Notes under the pieces: generated by a model
The model's input: the letters and a program-made list of their open reading frames with translations, nothing else
Databases searched by the model: none
What the model was told of the DNA's origin: nothing
Assembly (NCBI GenBank): GCA_964016885.1
Contig: OZ024741.1
Coordinates: 85,312,001-85,376,000 of the forward strand
Reading direction: 5' to 3'
Source of the DNA: Eledone cirrhosa
Lineage: Eukaryota
DNA length: 64,000 bases
Part shown: positions 26,322 through 42,477 of the stretch, one piece after another
Layout: each line of letters opens with the position of its first letter
How positions within the stretch are numbered: position 1 is the first letter of the stretch
Program-made: the position numbers and the translations under genes

Positions 26322-27558
26322 CAGCGACTAAATCGGCAACCCCACCAAGTTTACTTGGTGAGGAGGGTGATTTTGGACACCCTGCAGGACAATAAACAAA
26401 ACCTGACAAAGGGCGGAAGAACTCATGAGTCAACAGCCTACCAAAAATGTGTAAATATGTATATATGTATATATGTATATATGTATATATGTGTATATGT
26501 ATATATGTATATACATGTATACATATGTGTATATATGCGCGGGGACAGAGAAATCGTCGGGCTGGATACCCGATCGTGCTGTTAAACCACTGGGAGTGGA
26601 GGATCCCCTAGCTTTTGTCAGGGCATTCTTCTAGGAGAAGGCAACTCAGGAAACTGGGATAACTCCGACATAAAACCTGCGGCTCAGTAATTACCGATGA
26701 TGTTGACCTTTTCTTCTTTCGGGTTATAGCTACTGTCGCTCAGAGAGTGGAGTTGGCTCAATGCACAGTCTTTCCTCACTTTAAAAAATATCTTCACGCA
26801 CAGCCATTGCACTATAGCATTAATTGATAATTATTAATAATGTTATATCGTGCAATGGCCATACTCGATAACGTGGGGGCAGCCATCATGTATGTATGTA
26901 TGTATGTATGTATGTATGTATGTATGTATGTATGTATGTATGTATGTATGTATGTCAGTTGGTGCTACTGGTAACATGTATCCCAGTACAACCTGTCTCA
27001 TGGTCGGGTCGTTGGCGACTAAACTGGCAACCCCACCAAGGTTTCTTGGTGAGGAGGGTGACTTTGGACATCCTGCAGGACTAAAAACAAAACCTGTCAA
27101 AGGGCAAAGGACCTCTTAAGAGTCAATGGCCATCCAAAATCACCGGGAGAGATGACCCCTTAGCCTTTGTCAAGGTAGAATTCTAGGAGAAGGAAAACTC
27201 TGATATAACACCTGCAACCCTGATGGTATCCAATGATGTTGACTTATTCTTCTTTTTGGTAAATATCATCTTGGTTAAGAGAGTGGGACTGGTTTTGTGT
27301 AGTGCCATTCATTGCTCACTATAAAAGCTTCACGGCACAAGCATTGCTTTATATCTGGAGATCTCTCTGCACTTGTCATCACATGGTACTATGGGCCCAA
27401 CACTATGTGTCAGTAATTGTCACAAGTATAGTGTTTGTACCAGAGTTTTCAAGTCGCTGGCTGGACTAAAAAGTCACACTCGTTCAGCGCATCGGTAGCG
27501 GTTCTCCTACATGGATATAAGGTAGTGGCCGTACTCGAAAACGAGTTGGCAGCCACCA
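26322..27558 (+). mobile_element. Two tandem copies of a ~600-bp non-coding interspersed repeat, each ending in (TATG)n; a third copy lies at 39535-40145
   Basis: Shared gcgactaa..ggcaaccccaccaag..ggtgaggagggtga..ctgcaggac and 3' end tggccatactcga..gcagcca(c/t)ca. 26955-27558 is nearly identical to 39545-40145. Confidence 0.85.
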
Positions 27559-27587
27559 TGTATGTATGTATGTATGTATGTATGCCG

Positions 27588-27785
27588 GTAGGTAGGTAGG
27601 TAGGTAAGTAAGTAGGTAGGTTGGTAGGTAGGTAGGTGGACAGGTAGGCAGGTAGGTAGGTAGGTAGGTAGGTAGGTAGGTAGATAGGTAGGTAGGTAGG
27701 TAGGTAGGTAGGTAGGTAGGTAGGTAGGTAGGTAGGTAGGTAGGTAGGTAGGTAGGTAGGTAGGTAGGTAGGTAGGTAGGTAGGT
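27588..27785. repeat. (TAGG)n microsatellite
   Basis: Read directly from the sequence. Confidence 0.98.
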
Positions 27786-28571
27786 TTCCACCGCAAAATC
27801 AGAAGATGTGCATCTCACTTTAGGAAGAAGTTCCGCGAGGTGGGTTGGCTGATGTAGTTGATGTTCTTGGTTATTCTCCGTGGCAATGCTTTCGTTGTCT
27901 TGTCCGAGTGGAGCAGCTGAGATGTGCCACCCAGCCAAGAGTGTAGATTTTGTCCTTTTCGCCTTATAAAAAAAATGCACCTGCCCCTTTTTAAATCTTT
28001 TTCTCATTATTCTTTTTTCTTGTCTATTATGTTCAAATACACAATATAGGTGACGGATTAGCAGAGTCTTTAGAATTGTGTTCTGAGTTCAAATTCTGCT
28101 AAGTTCAGCTTTGCCTTTCATCCTTTCGAGGTACCAGTCCAGTAATGGAGTCGATTCTATCTGTATATCTATTTTTCACTTAGTCTTCATCATTCTGTCT
28201 CCTTCTCATATCTAGAGAGGATATGTTCTCCGCCAGGATTTTTAAAATGCCCAGGAAATGCCGTTTGTCAGTACGGTACCCCTACAACTCAATCAAGAGT
28301 TACTGGTCATACATATCCATAGAAATAAACAATATAGGTTAACCGATCATTTTTAGAAGCGTGAACTATATTTAAAAACTTATGGTATACATATGAAAAG
28401 AAGAAAAAAGAAAAAAACATGAAAGTTGGGTAAAAATAATTTATTTACTCTCAACGCTCTACTTTACGAAGAAAACTTGAATTAACAAGGGAGACAACTT
28501 CAGCTTAACAAACTTAGATTTATTCCCCTTACGCATAATTTCTAATGTTATTTTCGACATTGTTTATTGAC

Positions 28572-28584
28572 GTTGCTGGGATAC
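28572..28584 (+). promoter_or_regulatory. Candidate RFX X-box
   Basis: GTTGCTGGGATAC fits the RFX palindromic consensus and lies ~245 bp upstream of the candidate CCDC148 start codon in unique sequence. Confidence 0.5.
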
Positions 28585-28828
28585 TAATATTATACCCGAA
28601 GACAGCAACTGCTTTCCCGTAGAGTTATTATTGTTAAAAGATACGGCTTCACTTAGATATTATAGCGAACTTGAATATACTAAATACACTTGAGCAACAT
28701 TATGACAGTATTTATGTTGTGATATCAGACGTGGACAACACAGTGGTGATATTTGAGTATAATGTAACAACACTGGCAGACGTCGGTGTCGTGAGAGCAA
28801 AGATAATTTTATAACTGCAGCTGCGACT

Positions 28829-28853
28829 ATGGAAATCAACAAAGATAAACTTT
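28829..28853 (+). CDS. CCDC148: Candidate first coding exon of the CCDC148-like gene (MEINKDKL + 1 nt)
   Basis: An ATG in unique sequence is followed after 25 nt by the donor GTAAGT (28854-28859). Phase 1 matches the phase-1 acceptor at 55868, giving MEINKDKLCLVSRMVSG. Confidence 0.55.
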
Positions 28854-29040
28854 GTAAGTTTCATTGATTAATAATATTTACAGGTTGATATTGTCTGTCT
28901 ATTTGTTTGACCGTTGTTTACCATCATCCCACCTATGACAAGATGCATACATGCACAAACATACAGATACACAAACATACATACCTACATAAACATATAC
29001 TCACACTCACATACACTGATGTTTTGGCTAATATATATAC

Positions 29041-29081
<41 letters not shown>

Positions 29082-29090
29082 CATACATAC

Positions 29091-29140
<50 letters not shown>

Positions 29141-29211
29141 GCATACGCTACTTGGCAAATAACTATATGTATCACCTATCCCCCCTTTTTTTCTCTTTCT
29201 CGATACGTAAA

Positions 29212-29289
<78 letters not shown>

Positions 29290-29294
<5 letters not shown>

Positions 29295-29717
29295 TAAGAG
29301 GAATTCCAACTTTGTCTGATTTACTCGTTTTATTTACAATCCTTTAAAATATATAATGGTATTATAATGAAATAGTGATAGAATATTAAATTCTAAGTGT
29401 TAATTGAACAAGTACTTTCATGCTTTCGCAATCTTCAGGTTCATAATATGTGGTGACAGTCAAGTTTGCAATTTTTAACAGTTGAAAATTGCAAACTTGA
29501 CTGTCACCACATATTATGAACCTGAAGATTGCGAAAGCATGAAAGTACTTGTTCAATTAACACTTAGAATTTAATATTCTATCATACTATTTCATTATAA
29601 TACCATTATATATTTTAAAGGATTGTAAATAAAACGAGTAAATCAGACAATGTTGGAATTCCTCTTATTAATATAATCTTCTATACACAATCATACACAC
29701 CTGTGTATATTTACCTA

Positions 29718-29720
<3 letters not shown>
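29290..29720 (+). mobile_element. Near-perfect ~190-bp-arm palindrome with hammerhead, in (TA)n; non-autonomous PLE pseudo-LTR fold-back
   Basis: Arms 29290-29479 and 29481-29672 have essentially no spacer. The tail runs to 29720, with (TA)n on both sides. Confidence 0.85.
29517..29555 (+). ncRNA. Minimal type I hammerhead ribozyme (mirror copy on - at ~29405-29443)
   Basis: UGAAC-CUGAAGA-UUGC(GAAA)GCAU-GAAA-GUAC-UU-GUUCA: 5-bp helix I, intact core, palindromic helix III. Confidence 0.85.
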
Positions 29721-29799
<79 letters not shown>

Positions 29800-29815
29800 A
29801 GTATGTATATGTATA

Positions 29816-29856
29816 CGTTGCTGACGATAGCTAATAAGCTTGAAACTAGTACAGCG
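29816..29856 (+). ncRNA. Minimal type I hammerhead ribozyme
   Basis: CGUUG-CUGACGA-UAGCU(AAUA)AGCUU-GAAA-CUAG-UA-CAGCG. Confidence 0.85.
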
Positions 29857-30164
29857 TTCCTTTGTCAGGGTTGTACAAATGAGCAACGATGATTGCTAGA
29901 CACTGTACGGCTTAATTCGGGATGTTTATTTACAAACACACCGAGCATTATAATAAATGTTCGGTGAATCCATACGTGCATATATATATATGTGCATGTA
30001 TGTATATATATATACATACTACTGTACGTCTGTATACATATATGTATGTACGTATATATACTTATATTTAAGTAACAGCCGTACTAAGAGTGAGAAATGA
30101 AATTTCGCTTCATTTTTTCCGTTTATGTGTGTGTGTGTATGTGTGTGTGTGTGTGTGTATTCTG

Positions 30165-30430
30165 AAGGTGAATGGCTTAGTGGTTAGAGCATTGGGCTTG
30201 CAATCGGGGGGTTGTGAGCTCGATTCTCGGGTCGGATGATGTGTTGTGTCCTTGAGTAAGACTCTTTATTCCAGTTTACCCAACTGTATCGGCCATTGCC
30301 TTTCCCTTGGACATCATCGGTGGCGTGGAGAGGGTGAGGCTGGTATGCATGGGTGACTGCTGGTCTTCTACAAACAACTTTGCCTGGACTTGTGCTTCGG
30401 AGAGAAACTTTCTAGGTGCAAATCCCATAG
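30165..30430 (+). mobile_element. tRNA-derived SINE (second family)
   Basis: A-box tggcttagtggttagagc and B-box-like gctcgattctc, followed by a tgttgtgtccttgagtaagac core. Confidence 0.7.
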
Positions 30431-30489
30431 TCATATATATATATATAAGAGTCTTTACCCCTTATATATATATCCTAGATGCTCACTCC

Positions 30490-30670
30490 GCCTGTTGCAG
30501 ATAGTGCATTAACATGAGATATTCTTCTCCCCAAAGTTCGATCACCAACAGCAGAGTTTAAAGAGCAAAGCTCAAGTCCAGTCCATAAGTTGACATTATC
30601 AAGCCAGCGTTTTGACTGTCGACCCATGTTTCTCTTACTAGATAACTTTCCTTCTAGGCATAACTTACTA
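30490..30670 (-). mobile_element. 3' fragment of an RTE-type LINE
   Basis: Encodes LEGKLSSKRNMGRQSKRWLDNVNLWTGL..DR, the typical RTE C-terminus. Confidence 0.65.
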
Positions 30671-30749
30671 AGACATACATACATACGCACACACGCACAC
30701 GCACACACACACACATATATAGACAGATATACATGCATATATTCTAATT

Positions 30750-31040
30750 GGCACACCGTCGGTTACGACGACGAGTACTCCATTTGATACGATCAACGGA
30801 ACAGCCTACTCGTGGAATTTACGTGGAAATGGCACAGACACACATAACCTTAACGTAGTTCTCAGGGAGAATGTGAGAAGGCTGGCCCTCCGAATTACAA
30901 ACAACATATTTTTGCCAGCTGGGTGGACTGGAGTAACGTGAAATAAAGTGCTTTACTCAAGGACACAACACGCCTCCGCGAACCGAACATGAATTTACGA
31001 TTGTGAGCCGAATACCCTAGCCACAAAGCCACGAGCCTCC
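30750..31040 (-). mobile_element. tRNA-derived SINE
   Basis: The minus strand has a tRNA-like head and gtgttgtgtccttgagtaaagcactttatttc core. Related to 10380-10800. Confidence 0.7.
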
Positions 31041-31045
31041 ACGCA

Positions 31046-31147
<102 letters not shown>

Positions 31148-31235
31148 TACACACATACATACATACATACATACATACACACATACACACATACATACAT
31201 ACATACATACATACATACATACATACATACATACA

Positions 31236-31266
<31 letters not shown>

Positions 31267-31639
31267 TTTAATTCCAACACAGCATCCCTCTACTCATCTC
31301 GGTCCTTCGTCAACCCATCTTTGAGCTTCAGCGATTTGAGATCAATTGTAAACACCTCCCAACTCTTCCTCAGCTGCAGCTCCCTTTCACTTCTTCACCC
31401 TACACTCTGCATTCATCGCTTATGTCTCACTACAATGCACCATCACTCACAGGCATCATACAGACGGGCTTTAATTCGTAGAGACATCTTTTGTTGTCTA
31501 CACAGGTAATAGCTCCCCGAGTTTTTTTATTTCCTGTTCTTATTTTAGCTACAATACTCTCAGAGTCATCTCCTCCACTGATAATTTTTTCACCTAGGTT
31601 AATGTATATTTCACTGAGTTTCTTGATTACAGGTATGTG

Positions 31640-33410
31640 TCTCCGCCAGAAGCAGTGTGGCGTCTTTCTGAATTTAAGCTTCACGGTACATCGCATGCAA
31701 AGTACAGGCTAGTTATAAACCTGGAGAACCAACAGTGTTAATTTTCAAATAGGCAATGCTGCGTTCACTGTAGAAACGCAAGGACACCGCAGACGATCCT
31801 TACTGCCTCGTTCAAGCTTAATGAAGAGGACGAAAACGCAAGCAACTACCTATATCCAGAATTTCCAGGTCACTATGTGTTCAATAAAACCAACAGAACA
31901 TGGATGCCAAGAAGAAGGAAGAAGAACATTATTAGTAGACTGTACACAGTCGGCTCTAGAGTTGTTGAAAAATTTATTTAAGAATATTGTTACTTCATAT
32001 GCCAGGCATTAAGTGTTTTGAAGAACTACCAACAGTGAAGGGAGAAACATTTCTAACCTTCAAAGAGAGAATGTTGGTGACTTGGTCTTATGGGAAATGA
32101 TGACTATTTCAGTCAAGCTCTGCAGGAAGCTACTACCCACCACATGACAACACAGCTTCATATGATGTTTGTTGCTGTGTGTTTATTCTGTGCCAGCTAA
32201 TGCACTGCAACTGTGGAATATCCATAAGGAGTCAACGATTGGGGACTATTTCGATTAGGGGATAGATGGCCGGTAAGCCGAAAATATGGCACTCGGTTAC
32301 ATTAACGCAATATTGATTGAAAATGGTACTAACCACTTTGAAGTGCTTGAACCTGAGTCCCAAGCTGACATCAACTATCCTGATATTGATTCTCTTACTG
32401 AAGAGCAGCGAGTAATTGCTGATGCTGTAATTGATGCTGTTCAACAGAAAAGAAAATGTGAAAGGTCTGCACATACCCGCTTCAACATAGATGCACCTCG
32501 AGGGTGTAGCGAAACATACCTGTTCAATACACTTATTTGTCACCTCCAGATGAATAACTCTCATGTGTGTTTCAGTGCTTAGGCTGGCATAGCGTCTATA
32601 CTGCTACTGGAAAGTAGAACTGTACACAATTTATTTAAACTACCTGTTTCACTAGCAGAGACCAGTGTGTGTTATGTGTCTGGTTCATCTAACTATGCCA
32701 ATTACTTACGGAACCTGGATCTCATAATACTGGACGATGCGTCTATGATTCCTTCCTATGTAATTCATGCCATTTACAAGTGCTTTCAATACATCACTAG
32801 TGTCAATGAAGTGTTTGGAAGAAAGGATTTGCTTTTGGAAGGTAACTTCAGGCAAGTGCTACCAATACTACCAAGGAGTACCCGTGAAGCTACTAGAATT
32901 ATGCCCTAAAAACGGTTATCTGTAGCACTTCTTTCAACATTTTACATTAAACAATAATATCAAAATAAGAAAAAATCAATTATCAGGCTTCTACGGAATA
33001 TTTCAATCCAGAACGGATTATGCAATGGCACAAAATTAGAATAAGTTGGATTGGATCAACATTCCAACGAAGCTTCTCATAGCAATGGTCCTTTGATGGG
33101 CAGGCTTGCTTTGATCCAAAAACAGAAGTTAGCCCCCAGTGATCCCAACATCTCTTTTACTTTGGAAAGAGCCCAGTTTCCAGTAACACTCTCGTATGCT
33201 ATGGCAATCAATAAGAGCCAGGATCAAACATACAGAAAGTGGTTCTGTTCCTTCCTGAGCCACTATTTAGCCATGGGCAATTGTATGTCGTTTTTTCATG
33301 AGTACACATACAGTCAGATGTAATATTTAAAGTATTGAACACAAATAAGCAAAGGAGGTGAGTTAATAAAACTGTGGCAAAGAACATCCTATGCAAGGAG
33401 ATATTAAGAT
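31640..33410 (+). mobile_element. Decayed Helitron RepHel (Pif1-like helicase) fragment
   Basis: Frameshifted motifs AVWRL, YPEFPGHYVF, LTEEQR..IDAPRGCSETYL (Walker A relic), LIILDDASM, FGRK..LEGNFRQVLPI, NGLCNGT, QFPVTLSYAMAINKSQ and FSHGQLYV. Confidence 0.9.
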
Positions 33411-33519
33411 AAATCTGAGCCCAATTAAAGAGTTGTGAGTTGCAATGGAATTAAAACTAATCACGTGAATCATATTGTATATATTCTCTATAACGTTTGT
33501 GTAAATTAATTGAATATAA

Positions 33520-33700
33520 TTGTTTCTACTTTTGGCACAAGGCCAGCAATTATCCCAGTGCATTACTGGTACTTTATTTTATCGACCCCGTAAGGATGAA
33601 AGGCAAAGTTAATCTCGCGGAATTTGAACTCAGACCGTAAAGGGCCGTAATTCTATGCTGAAAAGTATGGCGTCCAACCATCTACCGATACTGCCAGAAT
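33520..33700 (-). mobile_element. tRNA-derived SINE (same family as 19537 and 49178)
   Basis: Reverse complement of the family core and head. Confidence 0.8.
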
Positions 33701-33954
33701 TAACTATGATAAAATATTTCGTAATAAGGAATATGCGATGTTTTGAGTTCCGTAGAATTTCCACGCTAGGAGATTTAATTCTGACAAAACCTTTAAATTT
33801 AATGAACAACGATTTGGCAGTTGTCTCCCTTAGATTAATCTGTTGATTTATCACATTTACCTCCCTTACAAAAGACATTCGCTCGCGCAGGCACACACAC
33901 ACACGAGCATACGCGCACTTACACCACATATACTCGCATACAATTAAGTGTAAA

Positions 33955-33985
<31 letters not shown>

Positions 33986-34078
33986 CACTTTCTTGTATAT
34001 GAACGAAAATATCCATGTATAATAAATATTTGCTCTCCGGGTTTATATATATATATATATATAAATATATAAATATAT

Positions 34079-34275
34079 AGGGAGTGTTCAGGACCCCAAC
34101 GGTAGAGCTCAAGCCGTTTCGACGGTTATTTCTGGGCTGAAATCGCCGTCGAAACGGCTTGAGCTCTGCCGTCTGGGTCCTGAACCTTTTCCTATTACCC
34201 ACTCTACTACCCAAAGTATCGAGTACTCTGGCGTGTTATGGTGCACCTGGTTCCTTACCACACTTCTTTCATTAT
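34079..34275 (+). mobile_element. Short fold-back element of the same family as 23332-23894
   Basis: Arms of ~45-50 bp (gagctcaagccgtttcgacgg / ccgtcgaaacggcttgagctc) plus the same tail, with TA-rich flanks. Confidence 0.75.
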
Positions 34276-34289
34276 ATACACATATATAT

Positions 34290-35572
34290 ATCATCATCAT
34301 CATCATCACCGTTTTACGTCCGTTCTTCCACGCTAGCATGGGTTAGACGGGTTGTCCTGTTGTGGGCAGTGTCTGGTCGGCTGACCATGCCTTGCTCATA
34401 CAGGAACTGATCTGGCTTGATTTCTACAGCTGGATGCCCTTCCTAACACCAACCTCATTTACAGTGAGTGCTGGGTGCTTTTTCGTGGCGCCTACACGTC
34501 CACTTTACAGTGTGGGCTGGGTGTTTTTTTGCCGTGGCATTTTCACGACCACCTTGCAGTGGGAGGGTGTGGGGGCATATTGTCTATATGCTTCAGCTTG
34601 TACCCATTGGAGGTCGGGTACTCTGTATTACTGTGTGACGCCAGAGGTCACGGTCGTGTGTCATCGCTTTTGAGAGGTGTAATTGGGTAAGGTCGGCTTT
34701 TATCACCTCATCCCAGGTCATCTTGGGTCTCCCCACTCCGCAGTTTCCATCGACTTCTAGTGCTCTGCTTCTAGTCTACTTACAAGGACCGTAGTCTTTG
34801 TCATGTTGACTTTGAGACCCTTTCTTTCTAGTCCTGCTTCCAAGTTTGGAATTTCTTCTCTAGTTCTACCATAGATTCAGCTATAAGTGCGAGGTCATCA
34901 GCATACAGGAGTTCCCATGGGCATCCGGTCTTAAACTCCTCCGTTATTGCCTGCAGGACTATGATGAACAGGAGAGGGCTAAGAACAGAGCCCTGGTGGA
35001 CCCCAACCTGTACACTAAATTCCTCGCTATACTCATTGCTAATCCTAACTTTGCTGACTGCTCCCCTATACATGGCCTGTACAGCTTTCACAAGCCATTC
35101 ATCTACTCCTAGTTTTCTAAGAGCCCACCAGATTACAGCACGTGGAACTCTGTCAAAGGCTTTCTCGAGATCGACGAATGCCAGGTAGAGTGGCTTACTT
35201 TTAGCTAGGTACTTTTCCTGTAACTGCCTCACAAGGAAGAGGGCATCAGTGGTGCCTCTTCCTGGTACAAACCCAAATTGCATCTCATCTAGTTTCACCC
35301 GGTCCCTAATCAACTGTGCTATAACTCTTTCTGTTACTTTCATGACCTGGTCCCTAGCTTTATACCTCTATAGTTTCCTCTATCGAGTGCATCACCTTTA
35401 CCTTTGTAGCAGTTGACAATTATGCTACTGCACCAATCTTTTGGTATGACACCTTCTAGTATTACCTGGTTAACAATACGAGTGGTTATAGTGTGACCTA
35501 CAGACCCAGATGCCTTCAGCATCTCGGCAGCTATACCCGATGGACCGGTTGCCTTCCCCATCTTCATATCTT
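34290..35572 (-). mobile_element. RTE LINE, 5'-truncated and internally deleted, with (GAT)n tail
   Basis: ORFs 35340-35567 and 34828-35343 (QFGF, FVDLEKAFD, GVHQGSVLSP, LLYADD). Deletion near 34770-34795. The 3'UTR matches 44020-44331. Confidence 0.93.
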
Positions 35573-36480
35573 ACTACACTGCTGCTGACTTAGTAATAAC
35601 AATAAATTTGAAGACTAAAATCCGAAGAGGGCTCGATAAGGATAAATATATATCAAATATATAAGAACCATAGAGCAAATATTTATTAAAATAACAGATT
35701 AAAGTTTAAGCAAAGAATCGCTGCTTTCACCCTTAACGGGATCTTCTGAAACTTAAACTTTAATCTGTTATTTTAATAAATATATAGAGAGAGAGAGAGA
35801 TATATAGTGAGAGAGAGAGAGTCTGCAATGCTGAGACTGAAGGGATCATAAATCATGGGACAACTCAATGCATGGAGAGATGCAGAGTGGGTATAAAGAT
35901 AGGTAGAATCCCAGCCGCTGTATCTGTGTGTATGTGTGTGTTTTTGGCTGTGTCTGTGTGTGTATACACATATATATATATATGTATGCAGAGAGGTACG
36001 TACATAGATAGATATGTAGACATGCTGATACATAGGTATATAGATAAAAAATATGTATTGTTAAATGTATTATCATTTATCCCAATGAAACACTTACAAT
36101 TATATTTGCAGGCAAGTCATGGAAATGTTAAGAAAATATGTGACATTCTTTCAATTGTAGCTGCATATGAATATATATATATATATTTACAATACAATTA
36201 TCTGAGCAACTATGTTTGACACGACCTATAAAGATAATTCAGGTAAGTGGCTGTTTAACACACACACATTCATACATACATATATACATATACATACATA
36301 TATATATATAGCATCATCATCATCATCGTTTAACGTCTATCTTCCATGCTAGCATGGGTTAGACGGGAATTGTCCCACTTGAGGCAAGATTAATCGGGTG
36401 ACCATGTCTCGCTCTTATAGGACTGTATCTGGCAGGTTTTCTACGGCCGGATGCCCTTCCTAACACCAACCACATTTACA

Positions 36481-36552
<72 letters not shown>

Positions 36553-36599
36553 TTGTGTGTTTATTTACATATATACATACATATATATATTATTCTAGC

Positions 36600-38470
36600 C
36601 ATCACCCAACACCACCCTCTACTACCACCCCACTGCACAAACTTCCATTGCTGCTATTAACAAACAAACCTTCAAAACAATCAAAATCAGCCATCACTTG
36701 AGCCTCAACATTTTTGCTTAATGCACACAAGGCATCAGCCCTCCCACCAATACTCAAAAATGGAAGATCCAATTTATTGAAGATTGGATTGATGACCATC
36801 CTCACCACATCCTCACCCATCTCAATAACCTCCACGTGGAAGCTGGGGTGAGAGTGAAGAATTTTAAAGCTACCAATGCAGATCATGCAGACAGAAGAAA
36901 GGGCAGAATTGCTATTTTTGTACATGATTATTTTTCAACAGAGGCTAAGGACATATTTACCAATGGATACTGTGAAGCAGTTTGTGTACAGTAAAATCAA
37001 CAACTTAATTGTAGTTGGGATCTATAGGCCACCCCAAAAGCCTCTCATATGCTTCAAGGAATGCCTCAACAGCATAAAATGTTTCATCCAACAGTCTCAC
37101 CCTGGCAACATCTTAATGATGGAGGACTTCAACCTCCCTGGTGTTGACTGGTCCACAAACAGCCTGATATCAGGTTCTTCCACCTCAACCCCTGACAAGG
37201 AGGCAGCAAAATCACTTCTTGACTTCATGGATGAGTTTTATCCTATCCCAACTTATGCTTGAACCACAAGGTGTCACAAAAACATCTTGGGCCTAGTCTT
37301 CAGTAGCCACACTGACACTATCAACAATATTTTAGTGGAAAAAACTCTACTCTCAGACCATGACATGGTTCTCTGTGATCTGAGATTCCACTGTCCAAAA
37401 AGCAAACCAAATGACATCTCTCCAGCCCATCCATTTGACACCATGGATCTTCATAATGCAAACTGGGAAGCAATCAATCATGTTCTTGCACATGTTGATT
37501 GGTCTTTCACACACACATACACGCCCCATCAAAACATCCTGGTAGACATTTGTAGACACTAACAAATATATGTGCAAAGCATGCCCCATTAAGATCTATA
37601 AACAAATCTAAGTGCAGAATCCCTAGAAATAGCAGAACACTTATCAGAAAAATTTAAAGTGTTCTTTTCATTTGCGAAAAAACACGAGGTCATTGGCTCC
37701 ACTGTTGGCCCTCTAATTAATAAAAATAGCCCTCTCCAAGATAATGATAACACCATGGGTGAGATACTGCAGAAACAATACTGTTCTGTTTTCAGCAATC
37801 CTGATATGGCTGATCTGGGCTATATCACTGATGTTAATCCTCAACAAACTATATCGGACATAACGTTTTGGTGCCCCTGATGTCTTAGCAGCAATAAACG
37901 AAGCTAAACACAATTCAGCAGGTTCCCTGCTTGTGTCCTGCAGGTGTGTCAACACCAACTTGCATCTCTTCTTGCTTATCTGTGGAGGAACTCACTGGAT
38001 GCTGGATATATACCAGAAAACTTACTATCCCAGTCTGTTGTCCCAGTTTTCAAAAAGGGAAACAAGTCTCTTGCAGTGAATTACCGTCCAATTGTAGTCA
38101 CATTTCATATCATTAGGGTACTTGAGAGGGTGGTGAGATCACAAATAACTCACTTTCTTGAAAGCAACAATCTGCTGAACTCCAACCAACATGGGTTCCG
38201 TAATGGAAGGGATTGCCTAATGCAGCTCCTACATCACTTTGATGACATTTTGAGAGCTTTGAGAGAGGGCTCCAACACTGATGTCATCTACCTTGATTTC
38301 AGGAAGGCCTTTGACAGGGTTTATCACAAAATTCTACTGAAAAAACTATCCAACATGGGTGTCTCTGGAAAGTTGCTGCAATGGTTCAAGTGTTTCCTGT
38401 CAAACAGATAGTCGAAGGAGTAAAATCAAGCCCAGCCAAAGTCAGTAGTGGCATTCTACAAGGCACTGTG
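36600..38470 (+). mobile_element. Degenerate CR1-clade LINE (APE plus RT N-terminal half)
   Basis: Motifs VGIYRPP, EDFNLPGVDW, LSDH, VVPVFKKGNK..NYRPI, QHGFRNGRDC, VIYLDFRKAFDRV and LLQWFKCFLSNR. Confidence 0.88.
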
Positions 38471-38653
38471 TTTACAGAGACATGTCCTACCCAGATGTGT
38501 CTCTGTAAACAATAATTCTCTACTTGAATGGGCCTTGATGTCCAAATCCTAATTTGAAAGACTTTGCCAGGTAGTGCTATTAAATTAGACATGGCCTGGG
38601 CCAATAGTGCCTGAAACCTATCAAAGTTATATATGTGTGTATATATATATATA

Positions 38654-39486
<833 letters not shown>

Positions 39487-39499
39487 CATATATATATAT

Positions 39500-39530
<31 letters not shown>

Positions 39531-39534
39531 GTAT

Positions 39535-42376
<2,842 letters not shown>

Positions 42377-42477
42377 TGTATATATATATATATATATATA
42401 TGTGTATATATATATGTATGTATATATATATATTTATATATATATGTATGTATATATATATATATATATATATACAT

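Noticed and set aside
26955-27030. HDV-like ribozyme at the 5' end of the 600-bp repeat
   Set aside because: A P4-like hairpin and CUAA are present, but I could not assign consistent P1, P3 and P1.1 pairings.
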